The notes below the pieces were generated by a model. The model was not told the origin of the DNA, did no database searches, and saw only the letters and a list, made by a program, of their open reading frames with translations. A DNA stretch of 37,346 nt from Promethearchaeota archaeon (GTDB lineage: Archaea > Asgardarchaeota > Lokiarchaeia > Sigyniarchaeales > SOKP01), in assembly GCA_016839745.1 (NCBI GenBank), contig JAEOTS010000081.1, forward strand, positions 1 to 37,346, in the 5' to 3' direction. Made by a program: the position numbers and the translations under genes. Below, one piece after another: positions 28,901 through 37,346 of this stretch; the first letter of the stretch is position 1, and each line of letters opens with the position of its first letter.

Positions 28901-29365
28901 GAGATAGAAGTATCATCTTATGTTCGAAAAGATGATATTATAAATAGTATTCAAGATTTTTATAAAAAAGGAAAACCTGAAAAAGTTGCCCCATTAGTTA
29001 AGGAAGTAAAGAAACCAATAAAGATTGAACCTGTTAAACCCGGTACAATTGCTGAAAAAAGAAAACAATTGCAAATCGCTAAGGGTGAAGCGATAACCCA
29101 ACCTATTAAGAAAAAAGAACCACCGGTACGAACTCAACCACTTCAACCCCAGTTAACTCAAACTCAATTGCCAATCATTACATCAGATAAAATAACAGAA
29201 GCATTATCTGATGAATGGCAACCAATAACATCTCTAATTTTTAAAATGAAAATAAAAGACATGATGGATGCTCGGTTCTTACAAATCAAACTAAAAGAGT
29301 TAGAGCGAAAAGGTTTAGTGTTAGCTGAATCAAAAATGGGTAAAAAGCATTGGAAGTTAAAATAA
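25970..29365 (+). CDS. top6B: DNA topoisomerase VI subunit B, enlarged (1131 aa)
   Basis: GHKL boxes EFLDNALDA, DNGVGM, TRGSQGFG, HGT; NPHV and KPHP motifs; transducer RFVNRTP, WKNYKL, FKSQSKNAL; directly upstream of top6A. Confidence 0.92.
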   Translation: MSSDEEDRIKQGTIAQFMRKRTQLVGFEFGYWKHQQYASEFLDNALDAIEEFQWKELSEGDSRIQFSLDQELSLENLSILQEARKDEVDQPLNNEAKIALMQEIGLAPTEPSEPELVIYKDKEEESGEIIDKEEIEVEEEVKRIIEDMNEILKPVEPIVDIEPLVIIRLRESEAASFLTSELSQKNIMSYTFEMFDNGVGMHKGDLRKFGKYLASSKSLELKQTRGSQGFGAPSAFSDAQNTTGKPIVAVSKSKDSIYATVSEFFTTSKNEKKYLIRPTEVDSQFLHGTYIKLNYLNVKYVRGYVDTYIKETALLNPHVTLIFIDPSGKEWIYRRLVSSFPKQPKYAKPHPSSTNIGDLQDLLTKSENLTISAFLQDNFVRMSSKTAKEILTIAERNLQDKLSILILKNGFVNKLLKKTDVINFFKFEKRVFGRSTKPRDKLIIYNVDSEELKNSYWEVMEKYNQYDKSLERLTKEIKKHQTRIEKSETKKDEKKIEKDIEKVIKEIDSIIKEREKIKNDLDKTFSVNQGLVEAKKLKNRTELEDWVNEVQISKVKPSALTNEQFNALFHAFKSIKYMNPPTDTAIPVGDIVLESTLIKEIGLKISDNVDYFDDPTENLKTSLEILHDKIKKDKEKHKLSLESETIEDDAVGIEDIRVFNSKILTSVDIKDQFIESDQFQQTIQKKITSSTEVLIDSYQEVFEFFTENYTKDDDFVSAETRPPTSGKGLAYVVEASMAYCNDPKKLDTPKRSRDVLSRFVNRTPKLRDSADCAITKAVQSVNWKNYKLDTYDNNLPKGPIKLIVNVSGPYVHLMFKSQSKNALAEDEDLLKEIKFCLEAIGRRLRVYLNRKANIRKSEKRSGLIEKYIPIFVQSAYNIVSQGDGKYKGKISEKELEKLMKDAIGVKVPIKITESKPKPIVKEEADKDIYKKVEVKWEETSEKEEILPEIVELDQNFLTEKTLRNWTINELREYCTENEIEVSSYVRKDDIINSIQDFYKKGKPEKVAPLVKEVKKPIKIEPVKPGTIAEKRKQLQIAKGEAITQPIKKKEPPVRTQPLQPQLTQTQLPIITSDKITEALSDEWQPITSLIFKMKIKDMMDARFLQIKLKELERKGLVLAESKMGKKHWKLK

Positions 29366-29366
29366 A

Positions 29367-30569
29367 GTGATTAAAATGGCAAGTAAAGTGGAAAGTAAAA
29401 AATGGGATATAAAAGAAGCAAAAAAACTTTTTCAAGAATATTTGAAGAAGGGTTTAGAAGAAGAAAAAAAGGAAATCAATCTACCTGAAGGTACTGTTAA
29501 AATTGATGATCTTAATAGAAAACAAACTTTGGAACGAATTTACATATTAACAGACTCAATTATTGAAAAAATTTATGCTACGGGAAGACCCACTATTAAA
29601 TTACCTTCGAGAACCAGTGCAAATATAATTTGGGATGAAGAAAATGATTTGCTACTTTTAGGCAAACAAATTATGGAAAAACAATTTCACTCTCTTGCAA
29701 GCGTTGCTGATATTACAAGATTGATGAAAGTGCTCGAAAAGGTAAATGAATTACTACTTAAAGATATGCATGCTACAAAAAGAGAAATATTTTATTCTGC
29801 AGTTCAATTATTTGGGGATCAAAAAAATAGTGATAAGTGTATTGAAGATGTTGCAACGATGCTGTATACAACCAGAAATTCCACCCATATTGTTGCTTCA
29901 GCCAAAGGTTCGTGCATAGGGCGTCTTAGAATTAGAGATAGAAACGATATTATTGACTTAGAAGGCTTAGGGAGTGGTGGATGGACTATTAGCCCCATGC
30001 TTGATAATATTGAAATATTAGAATCAGATGCAGAATTTATATTGGTTTTAGAGAAAGACGCTGCTATGATAAGGTTAGCAGAAGCCAGATTTTGGCGTAA
30101 ATATCCGTGTATTATATTAACAGCAAAAGGGGCTGCTGATATCGCTACAAGAATGTTTCTAAGGAGAATCAATAAGGAACTCAAATTACCGGTGTTTACT
30201 CTTGTCGATTCGGACCCTTACGGGCATTATATTCATTCTGTTTACTTGCGAGGATCTAAACGGTTAAGCTACGAATCACCATTCTTAGCAACACCTAATA
30301 TTAAACTTTTAGGTGTATTAACCAGAGATTTAGAAAAATATAAAATCCCTAATGACTGTAGAATCCCAATGAATCAAACTGATATTAAAAGGACTAAAGA
30401 GTTGTTAAACGAAGGTTTTGTAAAAAAAAATAAAGCATGGGAGACTGATCTTAAATTAGCTTTAAAACTAAAAATAAAAGCTGAGATTCAAGCATTATCA
30501 ACTTTTGGATTTGAATTCTTGACAGATCAATACATACCTGAAAAATTATCAACAGGAGATTGGATATAA
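29367..30569 (+). CDS. top6A: DNA topoisomerase VI subunit A (start may be ATG 29376)
   Basis: TKREIFY (catalytic Tyr), TOPRIM VLEKDA and DSDPYG, C-terminal KAEIQAL. Confidence 0.96.
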   Translation: MIKMASKVESKKWDIKEAKKLFQEYLKKGLEEEKKEINLPEGTVKIDDLNRKQTLERIYILTDSIIEKIYATGRPTIKLPSRTSANIIWDEENDLLLLGKQIMEKQFHSLASVADITRLMKVLEKVNELLLKDMHATKREIFYSAVQLFGDQKNSDKCIEDVATMLYTTRNSTHIVASAKGSCIGRLRIRDRNDIIDLEGLGSGGWTISPMLDNIEILESDAEFILVLEKDAAMIRLAEARFWRKYPCIILTAKGAADIATRMFLRRINKELKLPVFTLVDSDPYGHYIHSVYLRGSKRLSYESPFLATPNIKLLGVLTRDLEKYKIPNDCRIPMNQTDIKRTKELLNEGFVKKNKAWETDLKLALKLKIKAEIQALSTFGFEFLTDQYIPEKLSTGDWI

Positions 30570-30586
30570 GTAGGGTGGTAAAAAAA

Positions 30587-31105
30587 ATGAAAATATTTCA
30601 TAAAAAAGATGGTGGAATAGTTCAATTAATTGGTAAGGATAAAATGAAAGAGTGGCCGATAGAATTACCGCTTATTTTTATTGAATATGTGCGTACTAAT
30701 CAATTAAACACTTATAACGATTCAAAGTTAAAGAAAGATATAGAACAATATCTCAATGAAGTAGTTAGAGATGTGGCTATTCCTGGATTAATTAATGTGC
30801 TTGATGGCGATAATTTTGAGGAAATAAATAAAGCTCTTGCTCGAATCGAAGAATTAGCTAAGAAAAATATCGAAATGGTTAAACCAATAAAACCCTATGT
30901 TGAAAACTTATTAAAAAAAGAAAATAAAGAAGTTAATAAACTTAGTAAATCAATTCTAGAAAGCTTTAATAAAGCAGAAAGAAGAAAAAAGTTAGCTGCG
31001 AAAAGGAAAGTAATGCAAGAAAAGGAAAAAGAATTTTTGGCTGGTAGCATTAGTGGAGAAGAATACGCTAAAGCACGTAAAGAGTATTTAATTTTAAAAG
31101 AATAA
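30587..31105 (+). CDS. Hypothetical protein with HEAT/ARM-like pair and C-terminal SHOCT-like motif
   Basis: ATG 30587 follows GGTGG; helical AIPGLINVLDGDNFEEINKALARIEELA; C-terminal FLAGSISGEEYAKARKEYL. Confidence 0.6.
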   Translation: MKIFHKKDGGIVQLIGKDKMKEWPIELPLIFIEYVRTNQLNTYNDSKLKKDIEQYLNEVVRDVAIPGLINVLDGDNFEEINKALARIEELAKKNIEMVKPIKPYVENLLKKENKEVNKLSKSILESFNKAERRKKLAAKRKVMQEKEKEFLAGSISGEEYAKARKEYLILKE

Positions 31106-31106
31106 G

Positions 31107-31790
31107 TTGATCCTAATGAGCTGGGAAACAGAAAAAAAAACTTTTTACGATTTTATTATAGAGAATAATGTTATTGGATTTTTTGACGAGCCACTAACAT
31201 TAAAGTCAGGAAGGAAGTCCTATTGGTATGTAAACTGGAGAACCGTAGCTGAAGATGTATTTTTGTTGGATAAAGTTAGCGACTTTCTTCTTTCATTCGT
31301 AAAACATTTAAATCTTAAACCAGATTGCTTTTATGGAGTCCCAGAGGGCGCAACCAAATTAGGAATATTAACCCAATATAAATGGGCATTCAATGATAAA
31401 AATATAAAACCTGGTATGTACGTTCTACCAATGGGAAGGGGAAAACCAAAAGATCACGGTGAACTAAAAGACAAATTTTTTTTAGGAATTCCTAAAGGAA
31501 AAGTTGTACTCGTTGAAGACACCACGACTACGGGAAGTTCGATGCTTAAAGCAATCGATGATTTAGTAGATAATAAAGTAAATATTATAGCAGCTATCGG
31601 ATTAACAAATAGAAATGAAATAAGAGACGATGGTAATACGGTCGAAGAAGCCATCAAAAAAAAGAAAGTCCAGTACTATGCCATGAGCAATGCTATAGAC
31701 TTGTTACCAAAATTAAATCCTAATTCAACAATAACTAATCACATTAAAGATTACTTTAAGAAATATGGGGCAAGTGATATAAAATTCTAA
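31107..31790 (+). CDS. pyrE: Orotate phosphoribosyltransferase (start may be ATG 31116)
   Basis: TLKSGRKSYWYVN, KPKDHG flexible loop, PRPP motif VVLVEDTTTTGSS. Confidence 0.88.
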   Translation: MILMSWETEKKTFYDFIIENNVIGFFDEPLTLKSGRKSYWYVNWRTVAEDVFLLDKVSDFLLSFVKHLNLKPDCFYGVPEGATKLGILTQYKWAFNDKNIKPGMYVLPMGRGKPKDHGELKDKFFLGIPKGKVVLVEDTTTTGSSMLKAIDDLVDNKVNIIAAIGLTNRNEIRDDGNTVEEAIKKKKVQYYAMSNAIDLLPKLNPNSTITNHIKDYFKKYGASDIKF

Positions 31791-31831
31791 TGATTTTATA
31801 TAAAAACAGCTAAATATAAAATTGATTTCTT

Positions 31832-32392
31832 CTATTCCTTCATCAAAAAGAAGTTTCTCCATGCTTTTATAATGTCAAATAGTTTGGTAAATAATAATTT
31901 TTCAGAAGTTGTCAATTTTCTTTCATCATTTAATGATAAATTTGTTCTAGCTAGTTTTAGTAATTTAAGTAATCTATTATCAACGATGTTTATCGAGTAT
32001 GAATTAAACCGATCTAAATCTAATTTTGGTATTTTCTTTTCTATTACTTCTTTTTCTATGAAAAATCTAAATTCCTTAATTTTATTTAAGAAGAATTTGT
32101 TTTCTCTCTGTAAAAGCTTCTGATCATCGCGCTCACTTATAGCGTATCTTTGGACATCAGTATTATCACATTTTTCTTTTGAATCTATCTTTAAAATATT
32201 ATTTTCTATGAATGGGAGTGCTACAAAATATGGTAGTCTGTATTGTTTTCCCTGTTCAAATGGTCCAAACGACTCTCCTAATATAGAAAATCCATTATGG
32301 TCCCCAATACACGCGGTGGTAATTTCTTCATTCTTAAAAACAAAATTCACTCGATTTAAAGAATCCTCTAATTGGATTTCAATTTTATTCAA
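31832..32392 (-). CDS. GINS complex subunit, Gins23 (B-A domain order)
   Basis: N-terminal beta B-domain GPFEQGKQYRLPYFVA, then helical A-domain with RLLKLLKLA and LTTSEKLLF...WR; close to mcm. Confidence 0.8.
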   Translation of the reverse strand: MNKIEIQLEDSLNRVNFVFKNEEITTACIGDHNGFSILGESFGPFEQGKQYRLPYFVALPFIENNILKIDSKEKCDNTDVQRYAISERDDQKLLQRENKFFLNKIKEFRFFIEKEVIEKKIPKLDLDRFNSYSINIVDNRLLKLLKLARTNLSLNDERKLTTSEKLLFTKLFDIIKAWRNFFLMKE

Positions 32393-32498
32393 CTCTTATC
32401 ACACCATATTTAATAGTATTCAATTCTTTTATAAACTAAATATATGTAAAGCAACAGAAATATAAATATATTAAATTATTAATATTCCAAAAATTATC

Positions 32499-35400
32499 GT
32501 GAATAATTTGCTTATAGAACTTATTCTTTTTATAATTTTTATAGTTTTTTTCATAATTGGATTCATTATTATTTATAGGCAAGTCGCTTTAGTTAAAAAA
32601 GGGGAATTTGATAACAAAGATCGCCTTCAGTGTTTAATTTATGGACTTATTTTTAGTGCTAGTGTAATGGTTGTTATTGCGATGGCGTTTATCTTTGCAG
32701 TGAAAACTCCCGAATTTTGGCAGGGAAGTTCATTGACACCTCCTGATGTGAATCCCCTTTCATTACTTCTCCCATTTGCTTTTTGTTTAGGATATATTTC
32801 CATTTACCCATTAATTGATTTCTTATTTATTGCTTTAAGCTCCGAATCAGACGAGGGCCTTACGCCCTTTCATAAATTTATCGGGAATAAAATTATAAAT
32901 ATATCTAAGAGTAGAATAATTTCTGTCAGCATGGCTTTTCTCTTATATTTTTTATTTATTGTCCCTCCTCTGTTATTATCTCTCACTGGTTTACCCTTTT
33001 TAATGATATGGATTTCATGGTTACTTGTGTATCCATTAATGATATTAACATTTTATGGATCGAAAGGTTATATAGCGGGGATTTCTAATGAGTTTTATCA
33101 CATTCCCGATATTAAAAGGTCCGTTTTCTTAAACTTTGAGGATAGTAAAAGAGGTATGAAACAATTCGCATCAAATCCTAAACCATACATAGTGTTAGGC
33201 TTAATGTTGTTTGTTTTTGTTTGGGCATGGATTTCCATGTTTCAGACAGTAATTTTCTTTTTTTCAGGATCATTAGCAATCTCTACTATGACTTCATACT
33301 TTGTGTTTGTTACACTCCTATTTGGAATAATTGGATATTTCACACGATTTTGGGGCAGGAAAATCAAATATAGAGGGATAGATATCTATTTTGCAGCTTA
33401 TTTAATGGCTGCAATTGGAATTAATGTCTTGGTCAACTTTTTAATAGTGAATATTGACAAACTTACGGAAACTTTTAATTTTTGGACGATTACCGTTAAT
33501 ATCTCTCCTAATTTTATAATGTTCGCTTGGGCAGCAGTAATTGAAGAAATATTTATGCTCACTTTTACTACATATTACTTCTTGTCAAAAAATAATGAAT
33601 TCACAAGAAACCTCAAATACTCTAAAATTACTGATTATGGTCAAACTTTTGATGCCATTCCACTGTTTAACTTAATAAAAAGTTCTGATCCTAAACTGAG
33701 AAAGCACGCAGAAAATACTCTTTTAATGATGTATGAAAGAATTCCATTAAAATCAGATATTTCTCTGAACGATTGGAAATTTAAAAATTCATTATTAGAT
33801 GGACTATGTGATTCAAATCCGAGTTCTAGGGATATATCATATAAAATATTAACAAAATTAGAAAAGGATGTACCAAATGTAGTATTACCATGGATAATTG
33901 AATCTTTAGAATCGCCTAACTATGATAAAAGTATTCCCATTGCTAAATCATTACTTGATGCTGACGATAACCTAATTAAAGAAATACCCGTTGGTGTTGT
34001 AAATAATCTAATTTTTGATTCTGAGTGGAGAATGAAATTAACAGGATTAAAAATAATAAAAAGACTTACTTATATAGAACGAGGAACAATTCAAAATCTA
34101 GATTTTTTAAGATTAATAAACGATCCAAATAGTACTGTTCAGGTAGAACTTCTTAATATTTTATCAGAATCTTCATTGGATATTCCTATTGAAGTATATT
34201 TAGATAAAATACATCACAGGAATAAGGATATTAGAGCGGCAGCAATTAAAAACATAAAGAATATTAATATTGAACAAATTGACTCGATTCTTATTAATAC
34301 AATAATTCCCTTGATGAGCGATGCTAATAGTTCGGTAAGAGCTTCTGTTTTTGAAGTTATTTCTAAGATAGGAAATTTTAAGAAATTATCTATTCCAATT
34401 TCTCCTATTTTTGATGGTCTTTTAGATTCAGATGAAAATGTAAGGAAATTTTCCGTATTAGCTCTTGAGAAGTACCATATTGAGGAGCCAAATTCAATTG
34501 ATATAGATAAAATTATTCATAGAATAGATTCTCAGAACTTTCAGTCTATAAATAGCGTTTGTCACCTCCTAAGTAAACTTTGGGATATTAATCCTGAGAA
34601 AATCTTGACTACTCTTTTGATTTTTATAAAATTCGATAATCTTGAATTAAAAGAAAGAATTTCCAATAGTATTGTTGAAAACTTCCAAAAAAATCCTTCC
34701 TTAATTCTTGATAATTTAATAAGAGTAAAGGGCGAATCAAAATATATTTCGAAAGGTATAATTTCAAAAACAATTATAAAATTAAGTAAAGAGTATCCTA
34801 ATGATGTTATTCCCAAGTTAATTGAAAGTTTAGGGTTAGGTAACAAGGATATCACATTAAATATAATTTCTTCCTTGGACGACTTAATAGAAGATTATAT
34901 TGATTTAATCAATTTAAATTCTATAATAGAGCTGTTTCGAGATGACAATGATAAGGAAGTCAAGAAAGGAGCATCGCAATTAATTTCAGAAATTTCAAAA
35001 ATTAACCCTCTATCATTAAAACCAGTCTTAGCGGAATTATTACGACTACTTCCAAACCAAGATTTATCAGTAAGAATAACTCTCACAAAATCTATGTTAG
35101 AAATATCTAAACGAATACCAGATATGATCTCAATTCCTCTCACTATTAATTTTCTTTCAGATTCTGATTCATTTATTAGAGAAACTGGCGTAAAAATCCT
35201 AGGTTATGTTGGTAATAAACTCCCATTCGTGGCTGTCGATGCCTTAATAAATAAGGGATTAGTTGACGAGGAATGGATAGTTCGAGACGCTACTGTCAAT
35301 AGTATGGGAAAACTTTTCCAATATGTTGAAAATCGAGAAGAAGTGATTGAAAAACTTGTTAACTTGCTTGATGACGATAAAAGCTGGGTTCGTCGATCGT

Positions 35401-35855
35401 CTATGAATCTTTTATCTTCAATTAAAGGAATATCGTCATCTCAGATCCCTTTTAAAAAAGTTTCAGAGAATCTGTTGAATAAGGATTCAAAGATCAGAGA
35501 AGGCGCAGTTAAATTATTAAAAATTTACAGTCTTGATAATATAGATAGGATTTTTAATAATATTCTTTCATTACTGGGCGATGAGAGTGAGGAGGTTAGA
35601 GACACCACTGTAGATGTAATGGTTATCATTATTCAAAAAATTGGTATTTCTAAAATGTTATCTAAACTATTGAGAAATTTAAGTGACGAATCCACAATAG
35701 AGACACAACAATCGATAGCTACGATATTGGGTCGTACAGTGAGATATGAAGATGAAAATATAAAAAAAAGAGTGCTCTCTTTACTCAAAATTAGATGTGA
35801 AATGTCGCAAGATCCTATAATATGCGAAGTTTTAACGAAATTAAAAGGGAGTTAA
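32499..35855 (+). CDS. Multi-pass membrane protein (~9 TM) with long C-terminal HEAT-repeat solenoid
   Basis: Hydrophobic segments across residues ~5-360; many LLxDxxxxVR-type repeats (LMSDANSSVR, LLDSDENVR, LVDEEWIVR, LLDDDKSWVR, LLGDESEEVR). Confidence 0.85.
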   Translation: MNNLLIELILFIIFIVFFIIGFIIIYRQVALVKKGEFDNKDRLQCLIYGLIFSASVMVVIAMAFIFAVKTPEFWQGSSLTPPDVNPLSLLLPFAFCLGYISIYPLIDFLFIALSSESDEGLTPFHKFIGNKIINISKSRIISVSMAFLLYFLFIVPPLLLSLTGLPFLMIWISWLLVYPLMILTFYGSKGYIAGISNEFYHIPDIKRSVFLNFEDSKRGMKQFASNPKPYIVLGLMLFVFVWAWISMFQTVIFFFSGSLAISTMTSYFVFVTLLFGIIGYFTRFWGRKIKYRGIDIYFAAYLMAAIGINVLVNFLIVNIDKLTETFNFWTITVNISPNFIMFAWAAVIEEIFMLTFTTYYFLSKNNEFTRNLKYSKITDYGQTFDAIPLFNLIKSSDPKLRKHAENTLLMMYERIPLKSDISLNDWKFKNSLLDGLCDSNPSSRDISYKILTKLEKDVPNVVLPWIIESLESPNYDKSIPIAKSLLDADDNLIKEIPVGVVNNLIFDSEWRMKLTGLKIIKRLTYIERGTIQNLDFLRLINDPNSTVQVELLNILSESSLDIPIEVYLDKIHHRNKDIRAAAIKNIKNINIEQIDSILINTIIPLMSDANSSVRASVFEVISKIGNFKKLSIPISPIFDGLLDSDENVRKFSVLALEKYHIEEPNSIDIDKIIHRIDSQNFQSINSVCHLLSKLWDINPEKILTTLLIFIKFDNLELKERISNSIVENFQKNPSLILDNLIRVKGESKYISKGIISKTIIKLSKEYPNDVIPKLIESLGLGNKDITLNIISSLDDLIEDYIDLINLNSIIELFRDDNDKEVKKGASQLISEISKINPLSLKPVLAELLRLLPNQDLSVRITLTKSMLEISKRIPDMISIPLTINFLSDSDSFIRETGVKILGYVGNKLPFVAVDALINKGLVDEEWIVRDATVNSMGKLFQYVENREEVIEKLVNLLDDDKSWVRRSSMNLLSSIKGISSSQIPFKKVSENLLNKDSKIREGAVKLLKIYSLDNIDRIFNNILSLLGDESEEVRDTTVDVMVIIIQKIGISKMLSKLLRNLSDESTIETQQSIATILGRTVRYEDENIKKRVLSLLKIRCEMSQDPIICEVLTKLKGS

Positions 35856-36034
35856 TGAGTCTTATTATTTATTAAAATCCGCACGCGGAGTATTTCACTA
35901 AACCATTTCTCTCCCATTATTTTTTTCCGACAAATTTATTTTCTGTTTAATAAGCTTAAATCGTTAATATATGGAATTAAAATATCACCAAAAATATTTC
36001 TGGTATATCAAAATTAAAATGTAAGTGATCTTGT

Positions 36035-37346
36035 ATGACAACACCAATGTCCCGTCCTAGTGTACCTATTAATAAAGTCCAGCGTTTCGAAGATTTTTAC
36101 AGATTATTTGAAGAAAAACCTGGAGAATATAAGTATCAAGACCAAATTAACGATATTTTTTCTAAAGGCGGTAACACGTTAGTAATTTTTTATGAAGATT
36201 TACTAGCTTATGACCCTCAAATTGCCGAACTTCTTAGAAAAAATCCCTCTGCTTTAATAGAAGATGCTACTGACGCTTTTAAAAACATGTTGAAATTTCA
36301 AGCCGGGAAATTAATTGAACAAGATTACTTCCTAAGGATAAAAACTAAAGATGAAAAAAGTCCATTACTTATCGCATTAAGAGGATTAAGAGCAAAAAAT
36401 ATTGATAACCTCGTTTGGACTAAGGGAATTTTAGTTAGAAGCTCAGGCATACGCCCTAAATTAATGAAAGCAGAATTTGAGTGTATGAGTTGTGGTGCGC
36501 ATTTTGAAGTGCTGCAAATTACTTCCAAAATTAGATGGCCTAAATTTTGCTCCAATACAAGGTGTAAAGCTAAATCTCAATCAGATTTTCGCTTAATTTC
36601 TAGGAATTCAGAGTTTATTGACTGGCAAAGCGTTATGATCCAAGAAATTCCAGAAGATCTGCCGCCTGGTAGAATCCCAAGATCAGTCCAAGCAATTTTA
36701 ACTTACAATTTAGTTGATACTGTTAAACCAGGCGATAGAGTTAAGTTCATGGGAATATTCAAATCTGTATTAGCCCAATCGGCTAAAAACATTAATAGTA
36801 CATTATTCAAAACTTTTGTCGAAGTAAATTTTATTGATCCTGAAGATAAGAGCGATGACTTCATAGAATTATCCAAAGAAGATAAAAATGAGATTGAAAA
36901 ATTATCAAAAGAACCAATGATACAGAGAAAAATTGCTAGATCTATTTCTCCTGTAATTTACGGAAGAGAAGAACTTAAATTAGCAACAGCTTTAAGTCTT
37001 TTTGGAGGTACGAGAAAGAAACGACCCGGAGGTGGTTACAAGCGAGGTGATATTCATATTCTATTCGTTGGTGATCCCGGTACAGGTAAATCTGAAATTT
37101 TAAAAAGTGCCATTGAAGTTTCTCCTCGTGGATTATATACTTCTGGAAAGGGCTCTACAGCTGTTGGTTTAACTGCGGCAGTTATAAAAGATTCTGATAC
37201 TGGCCAGATGAACCTTGAGGCAGGGGCTATTGTGTTGGCAAATGGAGGTGTAGCAGCAATAGATGAATTTGATAAAATGGATACTGCAGATAGATCAGCT
37301 CTACACGAAGCGATGGAACAACAAACCGTAAGTATTGCTAAAGCAG
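36035..37346 (+). CDS. mcm: Replicative helicase MCM, 3'-truncated (absent from the ORF track)
   Basis: Hand translation from ATG 36035: MTTPMSRP..., Zn finger CMSC...CSNTRC, IQEIPEDLPPGRIPRS, Walker A GDPGTGKS, YTSGKGSTAVGLTAAV, IDEFDKM, LHEAMEQQTVSIAKA. Confidence 0.97.
   Translation, partial: MTTPMSRPSVPINKVQRFEDFYRLFEEKPGEYKYQDQINDIFSKGGNTLVIFYEDLLAYDPQIAELLRKNPSALIEDATDAFKNMLKFQAGKLIEQDYFLRIKTKDEKSPLLIALRGLRAKNIDNLVWTKGILVRSSGIRPKLMKAEFECMSCGAHFEVLQITSKIRWPKFCSNTRCKAKSQSDFRLISRNSEFIDWQSVMIQEIPEDLPPGRIPRSVQAILTYNLVDTVKPGDRVKFMGIFKSVLAQSAKNINSTLFKTFVEVNFIDPEDKSDDFIELSKEDKNEIEKLSKEPMIQRKIARSISPVIYGREELKLATALSLFGGTRKKRPGGGYKRGDIHILFVGDPGTGKSEILKSAIEVSPRGLYTSGKGSTAVGLTAAVIKDSDTGQMNLEAGAIVLANGGVAAIDEFDKMDTADRSALHEAMEQQTVSIAKA

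Noticed and set aside
25970-29365. Inteins as the explanation for the TopoVI-B insertions
   Set aside because: No C/S...HN-C/S/T splice junctions or LAGLIDADG motifs were seen; the inserts are charged and helical.
535-36555. Numerous short overlapping ORFs in the track (e.g. 1418-1918, 8392-8706, 18430-18942, 24491-24922, 29819-30184, 36325-36555)
   Set aside because: They are antisense or alternate-frame shadows of well-supported genes and have no recognisable motifs.
1-37346. CRISPR array, rRNA or IS elements
   Set aside because: No regularly spaced repeats, rRNA-like GC-rich tracts or transposase ORFs; the window is densely coding.

Overview
Low-GC archaeal chromosomal window, most consistent with an Asgard archaeon such as Lokiarchaeia (inferred from gene content and composition). 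It holds many chromosome-maintenance genes: a degenerate Cdc6/Orc1, an smc-scpA-scpB operon, an orphan Dam-type methylase, top6B-top6A, gins23 and a partial mcm. These are mixed with housekeeping genes (ThDP enzyme, SDR, rpl15e, HAD, nitrilase, coaBC, pyrE, tRNA-Ala), a glycyl radical enzyme and a MoxR-VWA-SWIM module. Main observations: (1) the 1487-aa SMC lacks a recognisable hinge or zinc hook, has a duplicated 52-aa helical unit at its apex, and shows an exact 90-aa periodicity in the C-terminal arm; (2) ScpA and ScpB have N-terminal extensions missed by the ORF track (probable ATA and CTG starts), and the ScpA extension carries a SAP/HeH-like domain also found in the enlarged TopoVI-B; (3) an unannotated box C/D sRNA has a D-guide that points to the 23S P-loop Gm2251 site; (4) a longin plus winged-helix (NPRL2-like) protein; (5) a multi-pass membrane protein with a long HEAT solenoid between gins and mcm. 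No CRISPR array, integrase or transposase was seen.
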